Source of the DNA: Octopus sinensis
Taxonomy: Eukaryota
Direction of reading: 5' to 3'
DNA length: 64,000 nt
Assembly (NCBI RefSeq): GCF_006345805.1
Contig: NC_042998.1
Span: 90,520,001 to 90,584,000, forward strand
In this document: piece after piece, positions 24,361-38,493 of the stretch
Numbering within the stretch: position 1 is the stretch's first letter
How the letters are laid out: every line of letters starts with the position of its first letter
Notes under the pieces: generated by a model
Told to the model about the DNA's origin: nothing
Databases searched by the model: none
The model's input: the letters and a program-made list of their open reading frames with translations, nothing else
Translations under genes and position numbers: made by a program

Positions 24361-25635
24361 TAATAGTAAGCAGCCTTCAGTCTCGAGAGACCATGAATCT
24401 ATACCTGAAAAAATTGTCTCAGTTGCTGATGGTAATGCAGTGTCAGCTGTGTTTGTAGAGGCCCATGCAGGAGTGGCAGTCATGCATATAGTGACTTCAT
24501 TTAAAGGAAATCTCTACTAGCACTACTGATTTTTCCTTTTGTCAAGTGCGTTTTTCTTTGGTGGCAGGATTCATGATCAGCTCCCACTCTGGTATTGAAG
24601 TTGCCAAGTAGTATCAGCTGTTCTCCATTTGGTATCACCTGTATTTTCGTAGAGAGTTGATCATAGAACTTATCCTTGACATCTTTTGTAGAATAGAGGG
24701 TTGATATATAAGTGCTGTTGAGGTTGACAGGCCCATCAGAAGTGTGCAATCAGAGTGAGAGTATCTACTCTAAACCATTACTGCTGAGTTCTACCAACTT
24801 CAGCAGAGAATTCCTTACAGAAAAGCCGACACCATACTCTCTAGTTTCAGCTATACCTTTCCCTTGCCAGAAAAAGATATACTCTCTTTCACGAAGGGTC
24901 CAAGAATCTATGAGCCTCATTTCCTGAAGTGTTGCAATGTTTATTCAGAGCTGTAGCAGTTGTTGATCACTTTTGTCATACATGTGTTGCTGATCTTTTG
25001 AAGATCTTCTGACAGACCAGTTGTCATGTTCCAGCGTCCAAGTCTGAATACTGGTTTCTTTTGTCATTTGCTTTTCTTGGTGCAGTGTTTACAGCCCATG
25101 ATTCAGGATTTTAGTTTCCCTAAGTCCCACACACCCAGTGGAGCAGGTGGGCTGTGAAGGACAGCACTTAACTGGCTGGGGGCTGTCAAGCTTGAGGTGG
25201 GCAGTAGCTGTCCAGTGAAGCACAATGGCTTCTCCCTTCATCGAAAATAGCCTTTGGGTGGGGGCCTGTATGACTTGGCTCCATTGGGGCTGCATGAGTT
25301 GCCAGAATGTTGTTTACCGCATGGAACTGTCTTAGGGACTCCAGCTCTGGATTTATCCTTTGGGTTTACTCCTGAAGCTTTTCCCTTAAGTGGGTATTGC
25401 TGTAAGGCAGTTATTAGCACCACTGTCTTAAGTGGGTAAGGGCTTAATAAGCAGTGCAGCTAATAACAAGAGTTGCTTATTTGGACTCTTCATTAGACTC
25501 TTCAGAGTTCATCTACCCTTTGACATGTCTTGTATTTAATCCTGCTGGGTGGCCAAGTAGCAACAAAAACACCCTCCTCAAAAAACAAACTCCGTGGGGG
25601 TTGCTGGTTTAGTTGCTGATGGCCCAACACTAGTG
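24361..25635 (-). mobile_element. Internally deleted RTE LINE (second family): 5' UTR, AP-endonuclease N-half and 3' tail
   Basis: Peptide FRLGRWNMTTGLSEDLQ...IATLQEMRL...YIFFWQGK...EYGVGFSVRN...KDKFYDQL...LILLGNFNTRVGADH; 3' end catggtctctcgagactgaaggctgcttactatta. Confidence 0.85.
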
Positions 25636-27324
25636 TTTTGGTGGTTGAAAAAAAAAAGAGGGGGGCTGCAAGAGAGGGGTAGAGAGAGGGAACACATCAG
25701 ACTTTAGTAGTAGTTCAGTTATAAAAGCTAAAAGGCTTAAATATATTAAAGGGTAGTATGGGAGTTACTACTGCTTATTACTAGTATTGTTGTTATTCTT
25801 ATTTCCAAGGTGTTGTTCAAAGTGAAAACCTTGTAGCAAGTGGCTTGTCACACATGCTGTTTGGTTAATCTGGTGTTGGCTAGGGGGTGAGTGCAAGGGG
25901 TTATAGGAAGAATGGGAGCAAGCTGGGACATACTGGGATCTAGGCAGTGAATTAACCATGTTTTCTTCAAACAAGATCAAACTGGGCCAGCTAGAACCAG
26001 CTTTATATATATATATATGTTGCTATATTAGAAACAATGAATCTAACAGAGTAAAAGAGCAGGCTTTAGTTCTTGCTTCAAATTTATTCCTTGTAGAAAA
26101 CTAGCACTGCACTTTGGTGTTCATGTTGTGCAGAAGTTGTGATTGCATCAAAGTTGGCTAGTAGCTTTCACAAAGCCTAATAATTTATGGAATCAAATAC
26201 TTTGGAGAAGTAAATGAAAGTCCTGCACAACAGTTTGTTGTTCATAGCATTTCTCTTGTAGCTGGCAAGTACAGCAGGTCATAACAGTATTGCCTGGGGA
26301 AGGTTGAAACCTTATAAAAGAACAAACAACTGTCAACAGCTGATGGATAGATAATTTCAAAAACCTTAGTTGTGACTGTGCTGCCTACAGAAGATCTCTA
26401 GACAACATTTAATGTTAGCTAAATTTATCTTGGTCATGAACAACTACACAATTATGCATTATTGACATTTTATGTATTTTAAAAAATATAGCACATATCT
26501 ATGATACAAATAATATTCTATGAATTACAATTTCTATTATGATGATGATTTGTTGTTAATCTCTTCTCATGCTCTCCCTATTTCCTTTTTCATGGATTAT
26601 TTATAGTTTCCAACATTATGCTATTTTCTTTATCATTTAATTTAGGTGTAAGTATAAACAGTGTCTCTTGCAAATAGCTTCTTTTGTACCTCATGTGTCT
26701 CTTCATAAATCTCATTTACTATTTCTTCAGATGGACCAACTCGTTTTATATGTAGAACTTATGATTCTAAATAATTTTTAAATTTTAGAATTCATATATA
26801 AAGAGGTGATTGTTGACACTGCTGTGACCATTTCCCCAATGTCTGATCAAATAATGTCTGTGGCTCTTGAAAACAATGCTCTTTTTTTTCTTCTTGTCAT
26901 TTGACTTCTTGAAATACATTTTGCAGCATAATCTCTTATATATTTTATATCTTTAATGCTATCCTCCTTTTCGTGATTGTCTTCAGTTTCTGACCACGGT
27001 CGAACAATGATGATGACACTGACCTCAGGGTTTATTATATGAAACATAGACTTACAAGCTTTCTTTGTTCTGCTATATTAGCTCTCAGAATATTCATTCT
27101 TGATAGAAATGTTCTGAACATTTCTTTCATCAAAGAATCAACTGTTTCATCTATAACTACATGTTAGCAAAACTATTCTGCTGTATTCAGGATTTAAGAA
27201 ATACATTTTTGATATGAATTTTGACCAGTTAATATATAAATAAAATATTTACCTTGCATCCTACATAGTACAGAGACAGCATTAAAACTCTTTGAGTATA
27301 TATATTTCCATGAAGAATCATGGC

Positions 27325-27480
27325 GTGTAGGCATGGTTGTGTGGCTGTTTGCTGTAAAACTAAATAGCTTCAGGTTCAATCTCAATACACATCCTTGGCT
27401 GTACCTTCTATAATAGACTTCAGATCAACCAAACCTTCATGTATGTAATTTAGCAGATGGAAACTGTCCAAAAGCTCCCC
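27325..27480 (+). mobile_element. Truncated tRNA-derived SINE head
   Basis: ggcatggttgtgtgg...caggttcaatctc...gatcaaccaaacc...gatggaaactg. Confidence 0.55.
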
Positions 27481-29664
27481 AGGTGAGCTGTTCCTCTTCT
27501 ATAGTGGTAGATTTAGTTGGTTACCTGGTTTAACACTACTCATGGCTCTTGGGTGTTTCTAGTTGTCTATTCTAATGAAAGCATTCAGGCTAAGTCTTTG
27601 GTCACAATAACTTTGTCACTAGTGATATGGATCCTGAAAGTAATGGTTACTACTCTTCCTTTTCTGACTAAACCATAAAACAATGAATGTATGTACACAT
27701 GATAGAAAATTTTGCACACAAAATAGGGGACATGAATAGGACATGCAACAGCACAAAACAGGACACAAATCATTTCTCTTTCATTAGCTGACAATGGACA
27801 CTCCATGATTATGGCATGTTTGACAACAGAATTGTTTGTTTGTATGTATCAATAGATGTAAAGAAAACAGTATTTTAGAGTGGTGTATGAAGAAGTGATT
27901 TATAATATGATATTTCCAGATCGTACTAATATGGAAAATAGATGTAAAATAATGATGTATATTAGATATGGAATTTTGCAAGTTTGTAACCAGATCTGCT
28001 ATGTCATACCTACTTTGCATTGGTCTTAGAAAAGATAACACTGATTTTTGAACTGGATAGGGGAGCATAGCATGCTCTAAATGTTTCATCAAGGATACAA
28101 TTAGAAAGGACTCATCAAACAGTAAAACAAAATAGTTGCAGTGTGGTTTGAGTAGTTATGTTACAGCCTCGCTTGGTTTGCTGTAGTGGCTGATGGAGGG
28201 GAAAACAGTGTTGGTCAAAAGGACCTGGAAATATCCTGGTAACATCAATGCTAATTGGCATCATTAGAGAGTGTGATACTGTTGGGAGGTGAGGAAACTA
28301 TTGTGATTTTCATCTGATATATGATAAAGGTAATGTTGTACAGTGTGTGTGTGTATAGTCATTAGAGCATTGGATAGGAATGCTTTGCTATTCCAGCTCT
28401 GTGTTCTTGCTTCAAATCTCATTTAGGCCAACTTTACTTTTCATAATTTTGGGGTTGATGAAAAAAAAAAAAAAGGTCCAATCCAGACTGGTGGAGTTGT
28501 AGAACTGTTTAGGGGGTCAGACAAAAATGTCTTGCAGTATTTGTTCTAGTTCTTTGCATTCTGACATCATCAATACTGACACAATGTTGTGTCGGTCTAA
28601 GTTGGCATCTTTCCCTTGATATGGAGAGGAGAGAGTTGCATGCATGAGCAACTGTTAGTCTCCTTTGAAAAATATTGCCCAGACTTGTGCATGCATGTGC
28701 AAGAATTGCCTTTAAATGAATTTCAGTTAAAAGGACCAAGGAATGTGAGATCAATTTTTTATTTTTAAACTATGCTGTTATGAAATAGATAAAATGTTAC
28801 TGTTTTGGTTGAAATATTTTAGTTTCATAACATTAGGGCTGACAGCCAATGGTGTTCTTTAACAAAACATCTATAGAGATTCAGTGTAATCTTATACACC
28901 ATGATTTCAAATCAATAAAATGTATGTGTGCAAAATACCATCACTAAAAGTTATTTGAAATATGCAATGCAATGATATTCAATTAACAAAAAACATGTTT
29001 TGATTTATTAATATGTGAGTAATATTCAAAGAAATTACAAGCAATGTAATATAGCAAAAAAATAAAATGTGTGTGTAGATAAACATTGAATCAATAGAAA
29101 ATCTATTTATTGATAGATGTGTGAAACTAAGATGGATATTCAAGGATATTGGTTTTGAAAAACTGCTTATGACTTTTGTTTAGGGGTAAATATGAACATT
29201 TTGAAAATAAAAATAAACAAAAGAAAAAGTGGTTACAGACTATATGGATAGATTTAAAAGGGACATGGCACTAGGTGTTCAGGCAAATAGGATTTTAGAT
29301 CTATAAATTGATAAATCTGCTAATCTTGAAGTAATAGCGTTTAGAAAACGTGATTTTTGGAATATATATTTGTGTTTCTCTGGTGATGATTGATGAAAAC
29401 AATGACTTTGATTATGTGGTTGAGTTTATGTCTTACGGTGGCTCATGAAACCACTTCTGGCATGGAAAAAAACAGACATATGTGGTCTATGACAAGGCTT
29501 TGCAATGCTCACATCTGATTTCTGCTGCCAGAATACGTTTCTTGTGAGGATTTTTCAATCTTGATGAGAGTTCACTATACATGCTCTTCCTGAGATTCAT
29601 GCCAAACCCAGATTTTCAATGTTACTTAGTGCCAATATTCATGGTTTTCAATGTTACTTTCATT

Positions 29665-30075
29665 GATTATTATATATGCAAGTTTATGTGATTAAGTTTA
29701 CTTCTCAACCACGAGGTTTCAGGTTCAGTCCTACTATTTGACACCTACTATAGCCTCAGATCAACTAAAGTCTTGGGAGTGGATTTGGTAATCAGAGACT
29801 GAACAATGCCTGCTGTAAATCTGCAAATATGTATGCAAGTGTGTATGGATGTGTTTGTCTGTTTCTTTACATTTGTGCTTGCAATTTTAGAGTAAATTTG
29901 CAAGTTACAAGCAGTGCTGTCATTTTTCCTGTCAACAAATCCTGTACCTTTGAAGACATGTGAAATAAGAGATCTCTTACTTGAAAATAATAGTTAGCGA
30001 CAGGAAGGGCATCCCGTTGTAATGTTACAATAATATTCATCTAATTCTTTGAAAACTGAACATGCAAATGAAGTG
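29665..30075 (+). mobile_element. tRNA-derived SINE with RTE-type tail
   Basis: caaccacgaggtttcaggttcagtcc...ggatttggta...gacaggaagggcatccc. Confidence 0.7.
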
Positions 30076-30607
30076 AATACAATATATAAACAACTGTAGT
30101 ACACAAGATGTAAAAAAAAAAAAAAAACTTGAAATTATCTCTTAGTTTTTGTGTAAAGAAGCAATATAGTTAAATATATAGACAGCAATGTGACTCTTAA
30201 AATAACACTGTTACTTGGTTGTATCAAATTAATAAAGTGTATGTTTGTGTATAAAATACTTGAGAATAAATTAAGGAATATTTAGATAGAATTATAAAGC
30301 CAAATAGACTTTACAAAAAAAAAATACCAGTTAAGAAAATTGTCTGGTAATGAATACTTTCTGATGAAACTACATAAAGGTTATAACAGCAAAAAAGAAA
30401 GAAAGAAACAGGATTAAAATAAAGAAAAATGGTTATAGTTGGTAAAATGGTGTATCATTAACCTTATACTAGGTTACACAATAAAAAAAATGACGGAAAC
30501 CATGGAATAAAATGGGATGATTTTAGGTATGAAGCTAAATCAAAAATTCAAGGTAGTTGAAAATCAGTTGTGGATGAAAATTAAGTACAGTAACTGAAAG
30601 TTAGTGA

Positions 30608-31040
30608 AGCATCATCATTATCGTTTAACATCTGTTTTCTGTGCTAGCATGGGTTGGATGGTTCAATTGGGGTCTGGGAAGCCAGGAGGCTGCACCAAGC
30701 TCCAGTCTGATCTGGCAGTGTTTCTACAGCAGGATGCCCTTCCTAACACCAGCCACTCTGAGAGTGTAATGGGTGCTTTTTATGTGCTACTGGCACGGGC
30801 CAGAGGAGGCTGGAAACGGCCACGATCGGTTGGTACTTTTTATGTGCCACCGGCATGGAAGCCAGTCAAGGAGGCGCTGGCATTAGCCACATTCAGGTGG
30901 TGCTTTTTACATGTCACCGGCATGGGTATCACAACTACAATTTCCATTTGATGTTGATGTACCTGACTCAATGGGTCTCCTCAAGCACAGTAGGTTGCCC
31001 TACAATCCAAGGTACTTTTGAGTGGACTGGGGTGGGTTAA
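30608..31040 (-). mobile_element. RTE LINE 3' tail with three modules
   Basis: gcatcatcattatcgtttaacatctg...ggatgcccttcctaacaccagccac. Confidence 0.88.
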
Positions 31041-31511
31041 GAATTGTATTAAAGTTTAAACAGTTAAATTAATGAAGTAAAAGGTAAAGCTTTATTACAC
31101 TTAAAATTTTGGGGTTATAGGTTACTGCTGTATGATATTACATAATAGAGAAGTTATGATTAAAATACAGCAATGGCTGTATGTAATAATGCATTGTTAC
31201 TTTATGTACCTTTGTTAAAATTATTTACTATCTCTTCAGAGGAGAAATGCAATAAAAATGGAATAAAATGTATGTTTATAAAAAATATTTAATATACTAG
31301 AAAAAAGTGTGAGGATTTAGTAAACTACCTATTTGGAAATATTTTAGGGATCTAAAGACCCTGTGTCTACGAGATGAGCTTGAGTGATTGTTACAGAATA
31401 GATTAGATAATAGAATTTTCTATAAATCAGAAGTGTAAAGCAGATATGGCCTTTTGTTTCTTTAGGATTTTGCAAAAGATAGAATTTTATGTTGGTAGAC
31501 CTTAGATTAAA

Positions 31512-31895
31512 CTAGCAGTATCGCCTGGCGTTGCTCAGGTTTGTAAGGGAAATAACTATAAAGCATTTTTAGAGAGTTATAGCCAAAAAATAGCAAAAAA
31601 ATGGGGAAAAAATGATGGTAAATTTTTTTTGAGAGTTAAAAAAGGTGGAGTTGCGCCCCCTAGACGGTCCGTGGTTTGGGTTTCTGATTCTCGACCCCAT
31701 GTCGAATTTATCGATTTTTTTCAGAACTGGGGGAACTTTTCAAAATTTTCGCTGCGTTAGTTTTGAATTATGACATTGGGCTATGTGTGTGTCAAGTTTC
31801 ATCAGAATCGGTTGAAAGCCGTGGTCAGAGTGAGGGTACGAGAAAACAGACACACAGAAAACGCACAGACAAACTGCCGTTTATATAGAGAGAGA
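31512..31895 (-). mobile_element. Complete non-autonomous Helitron, 384 bp
   Basis: Minus strand starts A|TCTCTCTCTATATAAA and ends with the hairpin cctgagcaacgccagg a few nt before CTAG|T. Inserted between A and T with no TSD. Confidence 0.88.
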
Positions 31896-33489
31896 TATGG
31901 CCTGAAAGAAAGGTATTGGCTTTCTTGTACTGATTTCTAAATATGTGTTTTGAAAAAATCTTTAAAGATTTTTTTTTTCTAATGATTTGGCCGTTGAACT
32001 TGTATATGAGATTGAGGTCAAGTTGTTGACTGTAGCACCTACTGTGGTTCTTCATTTTGCCACCTGCTATGGTCTTTTGTCTCACCACCCATCATAGTAA
32101 TTTGCTACCTTGACTACAGAGAAACGGGCCATTTCAGTGTATATCCTATAAAATAGACTGGGTACATTTTAGGCATTAGAAGTTTCCTGCAGTTGGACTA
32201 AAGAGTATCCTCTATTCTACTATAAGTACTACTTACTCAGTCATTGACCTCTTAGAGGAGTAGCTTACAATGTAATATGCAAAGACCAAGTTTTCATATA
32301 CATATATGCACACACATTTTTTTCTTTATTTAAAAGCCGTTCTAATGTATATATATGAGGAGTAGAGATTTTTTGGATTTGGTCTGTGCTTTTTTATTGC
32401 TGTTACCTTTTCCTTTTTTTATAAGAATATGGGTAGGGTGTATAACACATTCTTTTTCGAGTGATTAAGTGGGAAAATAATTTTCTTTATCCATGTATTA
32501 ATATGAGGGTTCCAGTTTGTGTCTGACACTAAATGTTTTTTTAATTATTAATATAGATGGTATAGTTACTATATTTCATTAATGTATTCAGATCTGTCAG
32601 CTGAAATTGATTTCTAATTGGGACACCTTAATTTTTTTTTCTTTCAAATGGCATAATGTAAGTTGAAACTCTAATTCTTCCTTGTGGCATCACATAACAA
32701 GGTTGTTGCTCTTGTTGCTACTGTCAGTTTAGATTTACAATTGGCAGCAATGAAGTCGTAAGCACTTGTGTTAAAATTTGTAACATATTTACTTCAAACA
32801 ACATATGGTATCAACACAAACCAAAGAAAGCAGAATAGATTGAAAAAAATGCACATGACTAATGACTAATACACATATATACTAGAATAAAAGGAAACAA
32901 AATTAGATTCAGCATTATTTAGTTAATATTTAGAACTACATATAAAAGAAAATACTGTATGTATACACACACACACATACTTATGTGTGTGTATATGTGT
33001 ATATACTGATCTTAAAAACTTACTTCAAGGAAATAAGTTTGCATTTAAGTCTTTTACTCATGAAGTTCTTTGTGCTACAAAACTGTTGCTACCAAAGAAG
33101 TAATACTATAGGTAATGCCAACTTCATGCCAAAATTTATTGATTATTGAGTAAGTTATTCAGCATTCTGTTTCACTTATAGATCATTTATAATAGATCAA
33201 TGAATAGTTTTTTCCCTCTGTACTCATTCAAAGCTACATGGGTGGAATAAAAGTAGGTCAGCAAAAATTAAGCTTCAAACTTAATATTCAACTTTTTTTC
33301 CCCCTCATTTACAGTACAAATGTTAAACCGTATTTGTAAGAATTTTGGCAACATGCTTTCTGTATTTAACTGAATGTTATGAATTAATTTAGTAATGTTT
33401 TTATGTTCACAGAGGAAATATGTTGCTCATAACTTGTTGAAACCTTGATGCTTCATGTGTCTGGGTGATAGCAGTCTAGTGTTTGGGTT

Positions 33490-33531
33490 TGTGTGTGTGT
33501 ATGTATGTATGTATGGATGTATATATATATA

Positions 33532-33582
<51 letters not shown>

Positions 33583-33606
33583 CACACACACACACACACA
33601 CACACA
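33490..33606. repeat. (TG)/(TA)n/(CA)n microsatellite
   Basis: Directly visible. Confidence 0.95.
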
Positions 33607-34828
33607 TGGTATAATGGTATACCGTGAGATGATTTTAGGAGTAAAATGTAGGGAATTTAACTAGGTGGAGCCTAAAAGAAACTCAGTGAGAATGGTAACA
33701 AGAAGTTAGGTTCTAACTATTCTAACTAAAACTTAACATCAGCTAGATTTTAGTTGGGATAACAAAATAATTCGGTAAGCTTTGTATCCACTGTCATAGT
33801 ATGAGGTAGTTAGTTATAAAATCTGACAAACTGTTTATTGATCTGACAGATGGTCTCCTTCTGAAGGTAGTCAAGAAGCCAATGATCAATATCTTTAGTT
33901 TTCTGAAGATATTGAGAAGATTTATTAACTCGAAACTGTATTTATAGGTTTATAAACACCATGCTACTACAGTTTTTATTAGTTCAAATTTATAGCCAGT
34001 CACTAAGTATCACGAGTTCTAACATCTATTCTTTTTTCACAAATCATTTATGTTAGTAGTTCTGAAATTAATTCATATTATTTGCTACAACTTATTTTCT
34101 TTTCAACCTATAGTCACAATTGATTTTATTTTTATTTAAACAGTTGTGAGCTGAAAATCTCTTAAATATATTTTTTATTGAACCTGCTAAATATACATTT
34201 TCATTCAGTATAAACGAATGACAAATGAGTCAATAATTGAGCAATATTCTATCAATAGGAAAATAAATTTTATTTTCTGGTTAAAAAACCTGCTTGTACT
34301 CTCAGAAGTAATATATTTTAGTGAAAAAATCTTAGGAAGGTGTTAAGTGTAATAAAAACAAAATTTTTAAAATTGAGCTGACCACTTGAACATCATTTTT
34401 GTTAAATTAAGATGCTTTGTGATGCACATAAAGTTATAAGTCAAGCCTTTATTTTTCTTTTTAGATATTTTTAAAGTAGTGGAGTACCTATAATTTTGAA
34501 TTGTACAATTTGCCAGAAAATATTCACTTTAAGTAAATTTATTTAATAACTTACTGGCATTTTGATGAATTTTCCAAACAGCTTAATCCAACTGCTAAAC
34601 TTCAGCACAGGCCAATATTTTTGGCACCAGTAAACCTAAAACATCAATATAGAATAACAATTATATTTTGAACCTTCTGAGTTTTATGTTCTTTCTGCCT
34701 AATTAACATTTGGCAACTTGATGTTTGATTATCCTGATGGCTTCTATTTACAGTTCTGGTTTAACAAACATCGTCACATGCTTGGTTTGTATTAGAAAAG
34801 TTTCATTTGTATATGTGAATATTAATTA

Positions 34829-34830
<2 letters not shown>

Positions 34831-34868
<38 letters not shown>
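34831..34868. repeat. (TA)n microsatellite
   Basis: Directly visible. Confidence 0.95.
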
Positions 34869-34872
<4 letters not shown>

Positions 34873-35559
34873 ATTTTTTTAAATCATAAAAATAAAAATA
34901 CTAATTTTTATCTTAATAGTGTAAATAACAATGAATGGCTTTGATTCGTGGTCAGATGTATTCAGTAGGATAGAAGGCATCAAGAGTTTTGATATTAATT
35001 CCTTTCATAATTATTTAGCGATATAAGTCAGGTGAAAAGAAGACTTGGAATGGGATCTGAAATCAGACTTGGCTGTTGGAAACTTGCTTCTTAGTTTTTC
35101 AGTTTGAATGTTAATCTAATAGTAATTTCTCTTCTTACTAGTGTCAGTTATTGGACTGCAGATATCCAATCTGTCAGTTGGCTAAATAACATTTTGTTGC
35201 TAAAAAGAAGCAACTTGCTGCACCATTTTACACCAGCATGCACATAGCACCCACCAACACCCACACATGAAAGTCTCTCCAGACAATTTTAGTCTACCAA
35301 ATTTCATTTAGAAAAAACTTTAGTCAGTTGGAAAATACAACCAAATCACTTGCTATTTAGTGGGACCAAACCTAAAATCACATGAATACAAAGTGAGTTT
35401 GAGACCCTTGTTAGAATACTGAAAAAAAGTTTGGATTGATAATACAAGCAAGAGGAGTTTAAGGCTCAGGTTGATGCCTATGAAAGCAATATTTTAATTC
35501 TTTTATTTTATTCTTTAAATTCTTCACATGACTTTCACAGGCCCTTTGGGATAGGAGAA

Positions 35560-37170
35560 ATTGGTGCTGTTGGCATTAAATTTGAACATTTTAAAGTCAA
35601 AAAGCAGCAGGAAAAATATTGGTAGAAAGTGTGATAGTCAGAAAGTACTGGGTATAGTGGGTTGTGTGAAGTTTGGGATTGGAGTAGTGGTACAAGGAAG
35701 TGATGAATAGATTGGGTGAAAGTTGGTAATGATGCTATCAGATCTAAATAGTTGAGGCTGTTTTAGTCATAGTAGAATTGGTAAAAGAGAGCACACATGC
35801 AGGTTAAAGGTTGAAGTGTGCTGGTCTATGTCTTTGTAAATTAGCTAGAGTTTTTGTGTAACAGTAGCATTGTCTCTTATCTTAGAGCTATGTTTCATTC
35901 TGAGCTTTGAGCTTTATAGAATGACAGCAACTGCTCTCAATAGAGGAAGGCTAGTCTTTGGAATGTAAATTTGACAGAAGAGATCAGTGATTTTGAGGCC
36001 TAGCATTTGTAAAGACTTTGATGGTTTTAGTTGCAAATTGTCCGGGACTATAGAGTGTACAAACTTTCCTTGGTATGTACAGTAATTGTGTATTTGTGCT
36101 CTGGAATGACAAGTGAAGTCTTGTTTGCAATGTCTGTGTTTGTGAAAATTGTGCATGTTTGATATGAAGTGTCTAGGTTATTTGTGTGTAGAAGGTTAGG
36201 GAGGAATGAAGTGATATCCATATTGGAGTGGATGTTAGAAATGCTAGCAAGTAATGTCTTAGAATATATAGAAAAAGGAGTATGATATAATTGAATCTTA
36301 AGAGTATATCATTTGATTATGTGGTTCAGAAAGATCCTCATCAGGACATGTTGGGACAATGCAGTCTGATATAAATTCTGGCCGAAAGTCTGGTCCAAGA
36401 GATAATTTTGTAGGATTGAAGCAACAGGCATCTTTGTGCTTGGATTATAGGTACACATTGTGGTGAAATTAGTGGTGTAGGAAAGGTGTACCAAGTGTAT
36501 GTACTGTGGAATTGGTTACAAAGTGGTCAGCAAATGTGGGCATTTTTTTCATGGGAGTACTGCTTATGGAGCCATTATAATTGGTAAGAATATTATGTGA
36601 TGTTCGAATGTTTTGGCTATGGATTAAAAGGACTGACTAGTTCTTGATGGTGGTGGTTGTAGTGGTTGAGTTTTGGTTCTTGCAGATGTGGTTGTGGCTA
36701 AATACCTTCAGTTAACAAAGGTTAGTGAATTGTTTCCAGTCATTGTAGGCCATTTACTTGTACTACTATGCATCTGTTGTGAACCACTGGAGAAATGTGG
36801 GGCTGTGTGAAGGATGTGAAGACTTGCTTAAATGGATGGTTTCAGTCAGTTGCTTAGCTATCTCAGACAAGTTGGTAATGATGCAAAGCCGATGCCAGTG
36901 ATTAACATAAAATTGCTATGGCTTAAACCAGTTAGCTGGTGTGAAATGCCATTGAATTTGGAAGATGGAAGAGCATTGTGTAGTATATGGATGTAGAGTT
37001 GGTATCCATATAGACATTGGTCAGATGATCCAATAGGTGCAGAGTATGTTAATTTGGTAAATTCTCAGTGGAGCATCTGTATAAATTTAGAAGAAAAGAT
37101 TTGTTTTGCTCACTTTTGGTATCTGTGGATTTCTGTACAGTGTTGGTTTCCTACCATGTGTGTTCATAGT
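35560..37170 (-). mobile_element. Highly decayed LINE (CR1/L2-like) fragment
   Basis: Strand-biased G/T-rich 1.6-kb block with remnants resembling PGPDGIP-like and LINE linker sequence; no clean motif. Confidence 0.35.
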
Positions 37171-37653
37171 TTAAAAAGTGCTTAGAAAACTTATATAAAA
37201 CACCATGACAACTTGACTACCAAGGTTGTCAATCTTACAGCTTAATATACTGGAAGTTATCATTCTTACACTTAAGGAAACTAAACATCAAATTCTCAAT
37301 GCCTAAGGATATAATTTTGTACAAATTATATATTTTAGTTATGTACATTTTGAACAATGCTCTGTAATAGTTAAGGTTGTTATTTAAAAAGGTCTTTGTT
37401 CTTTGCTTTGTATGAATTGGTTTTAAGTATTTTTAATTTCTAAACAAGTAGAACTAATTCCCATTCCAAGTTGCTGCCTTCTTAAAGGACGCAACAATAT
37501 AGGCAGCTAACACTCTGAGCCGATTATTTCTCTTTTTCTGCTAATCAGTAAAATATTATACAAAAGAATAAATAAATAAAAATAATGTTGATCTTGTAAG
37601 TTCTTTTTTTTTCCTCCAGTATTAATTTAAGTATATATTTTTTTAAATTTCAG

Positions 37654-37747
37654 TTGGTTCTGCTGTTTGAACAATTTATTCCTTTAGTGTTGTTTGTCAT
37701 CTTGATCTTAATTCGAAGAAAACAGCCAGCTCATCCATGGAAAGCAA
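37654..37747 (+). CDS. ABCA2: Coding exon (94 nt) of an ABCA2-like ABC transporter subfamily A gene; TM1 region
   Basis: Acceptor ttttttaaatttcag and donor gtaagt. Translates in phase 0 as LVLLFEQFIPLVLFVILILIRRKQPAHPWKA plus 1 nt, closely matching the ABCA2 N-terminus (human, recalled: [25 protein letters not shown]). Confidence 0.92.
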
Positions 37748-37774
37748 GTAAGTTGCATTTATTTTTTTTTTTAA

Positions 37775-38170
37775 CCATGGCCTATGCCAGTGCAGCATAA
37801 GCAGCCCATTTAAGAGCACCCCGTTCAATCATTGGGCAATACACTGCACTTGTGAAGACTAGTTGAGACAAGTGAAGTCGTTTTCATGGCCAATGACAGT
37901 ATCACCTGATTGGCATCCGTGCCAGTGGCATGTAAAAAGCACCATTTGAGCATGGTTGATGCCACTACTGCCTGACTGGCCTTTGTGCTGGTGGCACGTA
38001 AAAATCACTCACTACACTCTCAGAGTGGTTGGTGTTAGGAAGGGCATCCGGCTGTAGAAACATTGCCAGATTGGATTGGAGCCTGGTGCAGCCTTCTGGC
38101 ATGCCAGCCCTCAGTCAAACTGTCCAATCCATGCCAGCATGGAAAGAGGACGTTAAATGATGATAATGAT
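37775..38170 (+). mobile_element. RTE LINE 3' tail directly downstream of the ABCA2 exon
   Basis: ggttggtgttaggaagggcatccggctgtagaaac...gcatggaaagaggacgttaaatgatgataatgat. Confidence 0.9.
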
Positions 38171-38493
38171 AAAAATTATCATTAAACAAGGGATAATTCA
38201 TATAAAGTGTGAAGATATATATGGATTTTAGTTACAAACTTGAATCTAGTTAACTTGAAAAAGAAAAAAAAAGGAAATGAAAATGGGAAGGGCATTGTGT
38301 TGCAAAAAGAAAAAGTGCATTTCAAAAAGAAAACATAACATGACATTAGGTGATGGAAGTGTTCTCACTAAATGTTGATGTTCTGAGAAAAATATTAAAA
38401 TTGACACTATTGAATATTCTTGTTGAATAAGGTGCATATAAGTTTACTTTTAGAGGTACTGTCAGAAAGTAAGGAAGTTTGCATCACAGTGGT

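Noticed and set aside
27850-28220. Possible R4/Dong-like RT C-terminal relic
   Set aside because: The similarity is too faint to support by eye.
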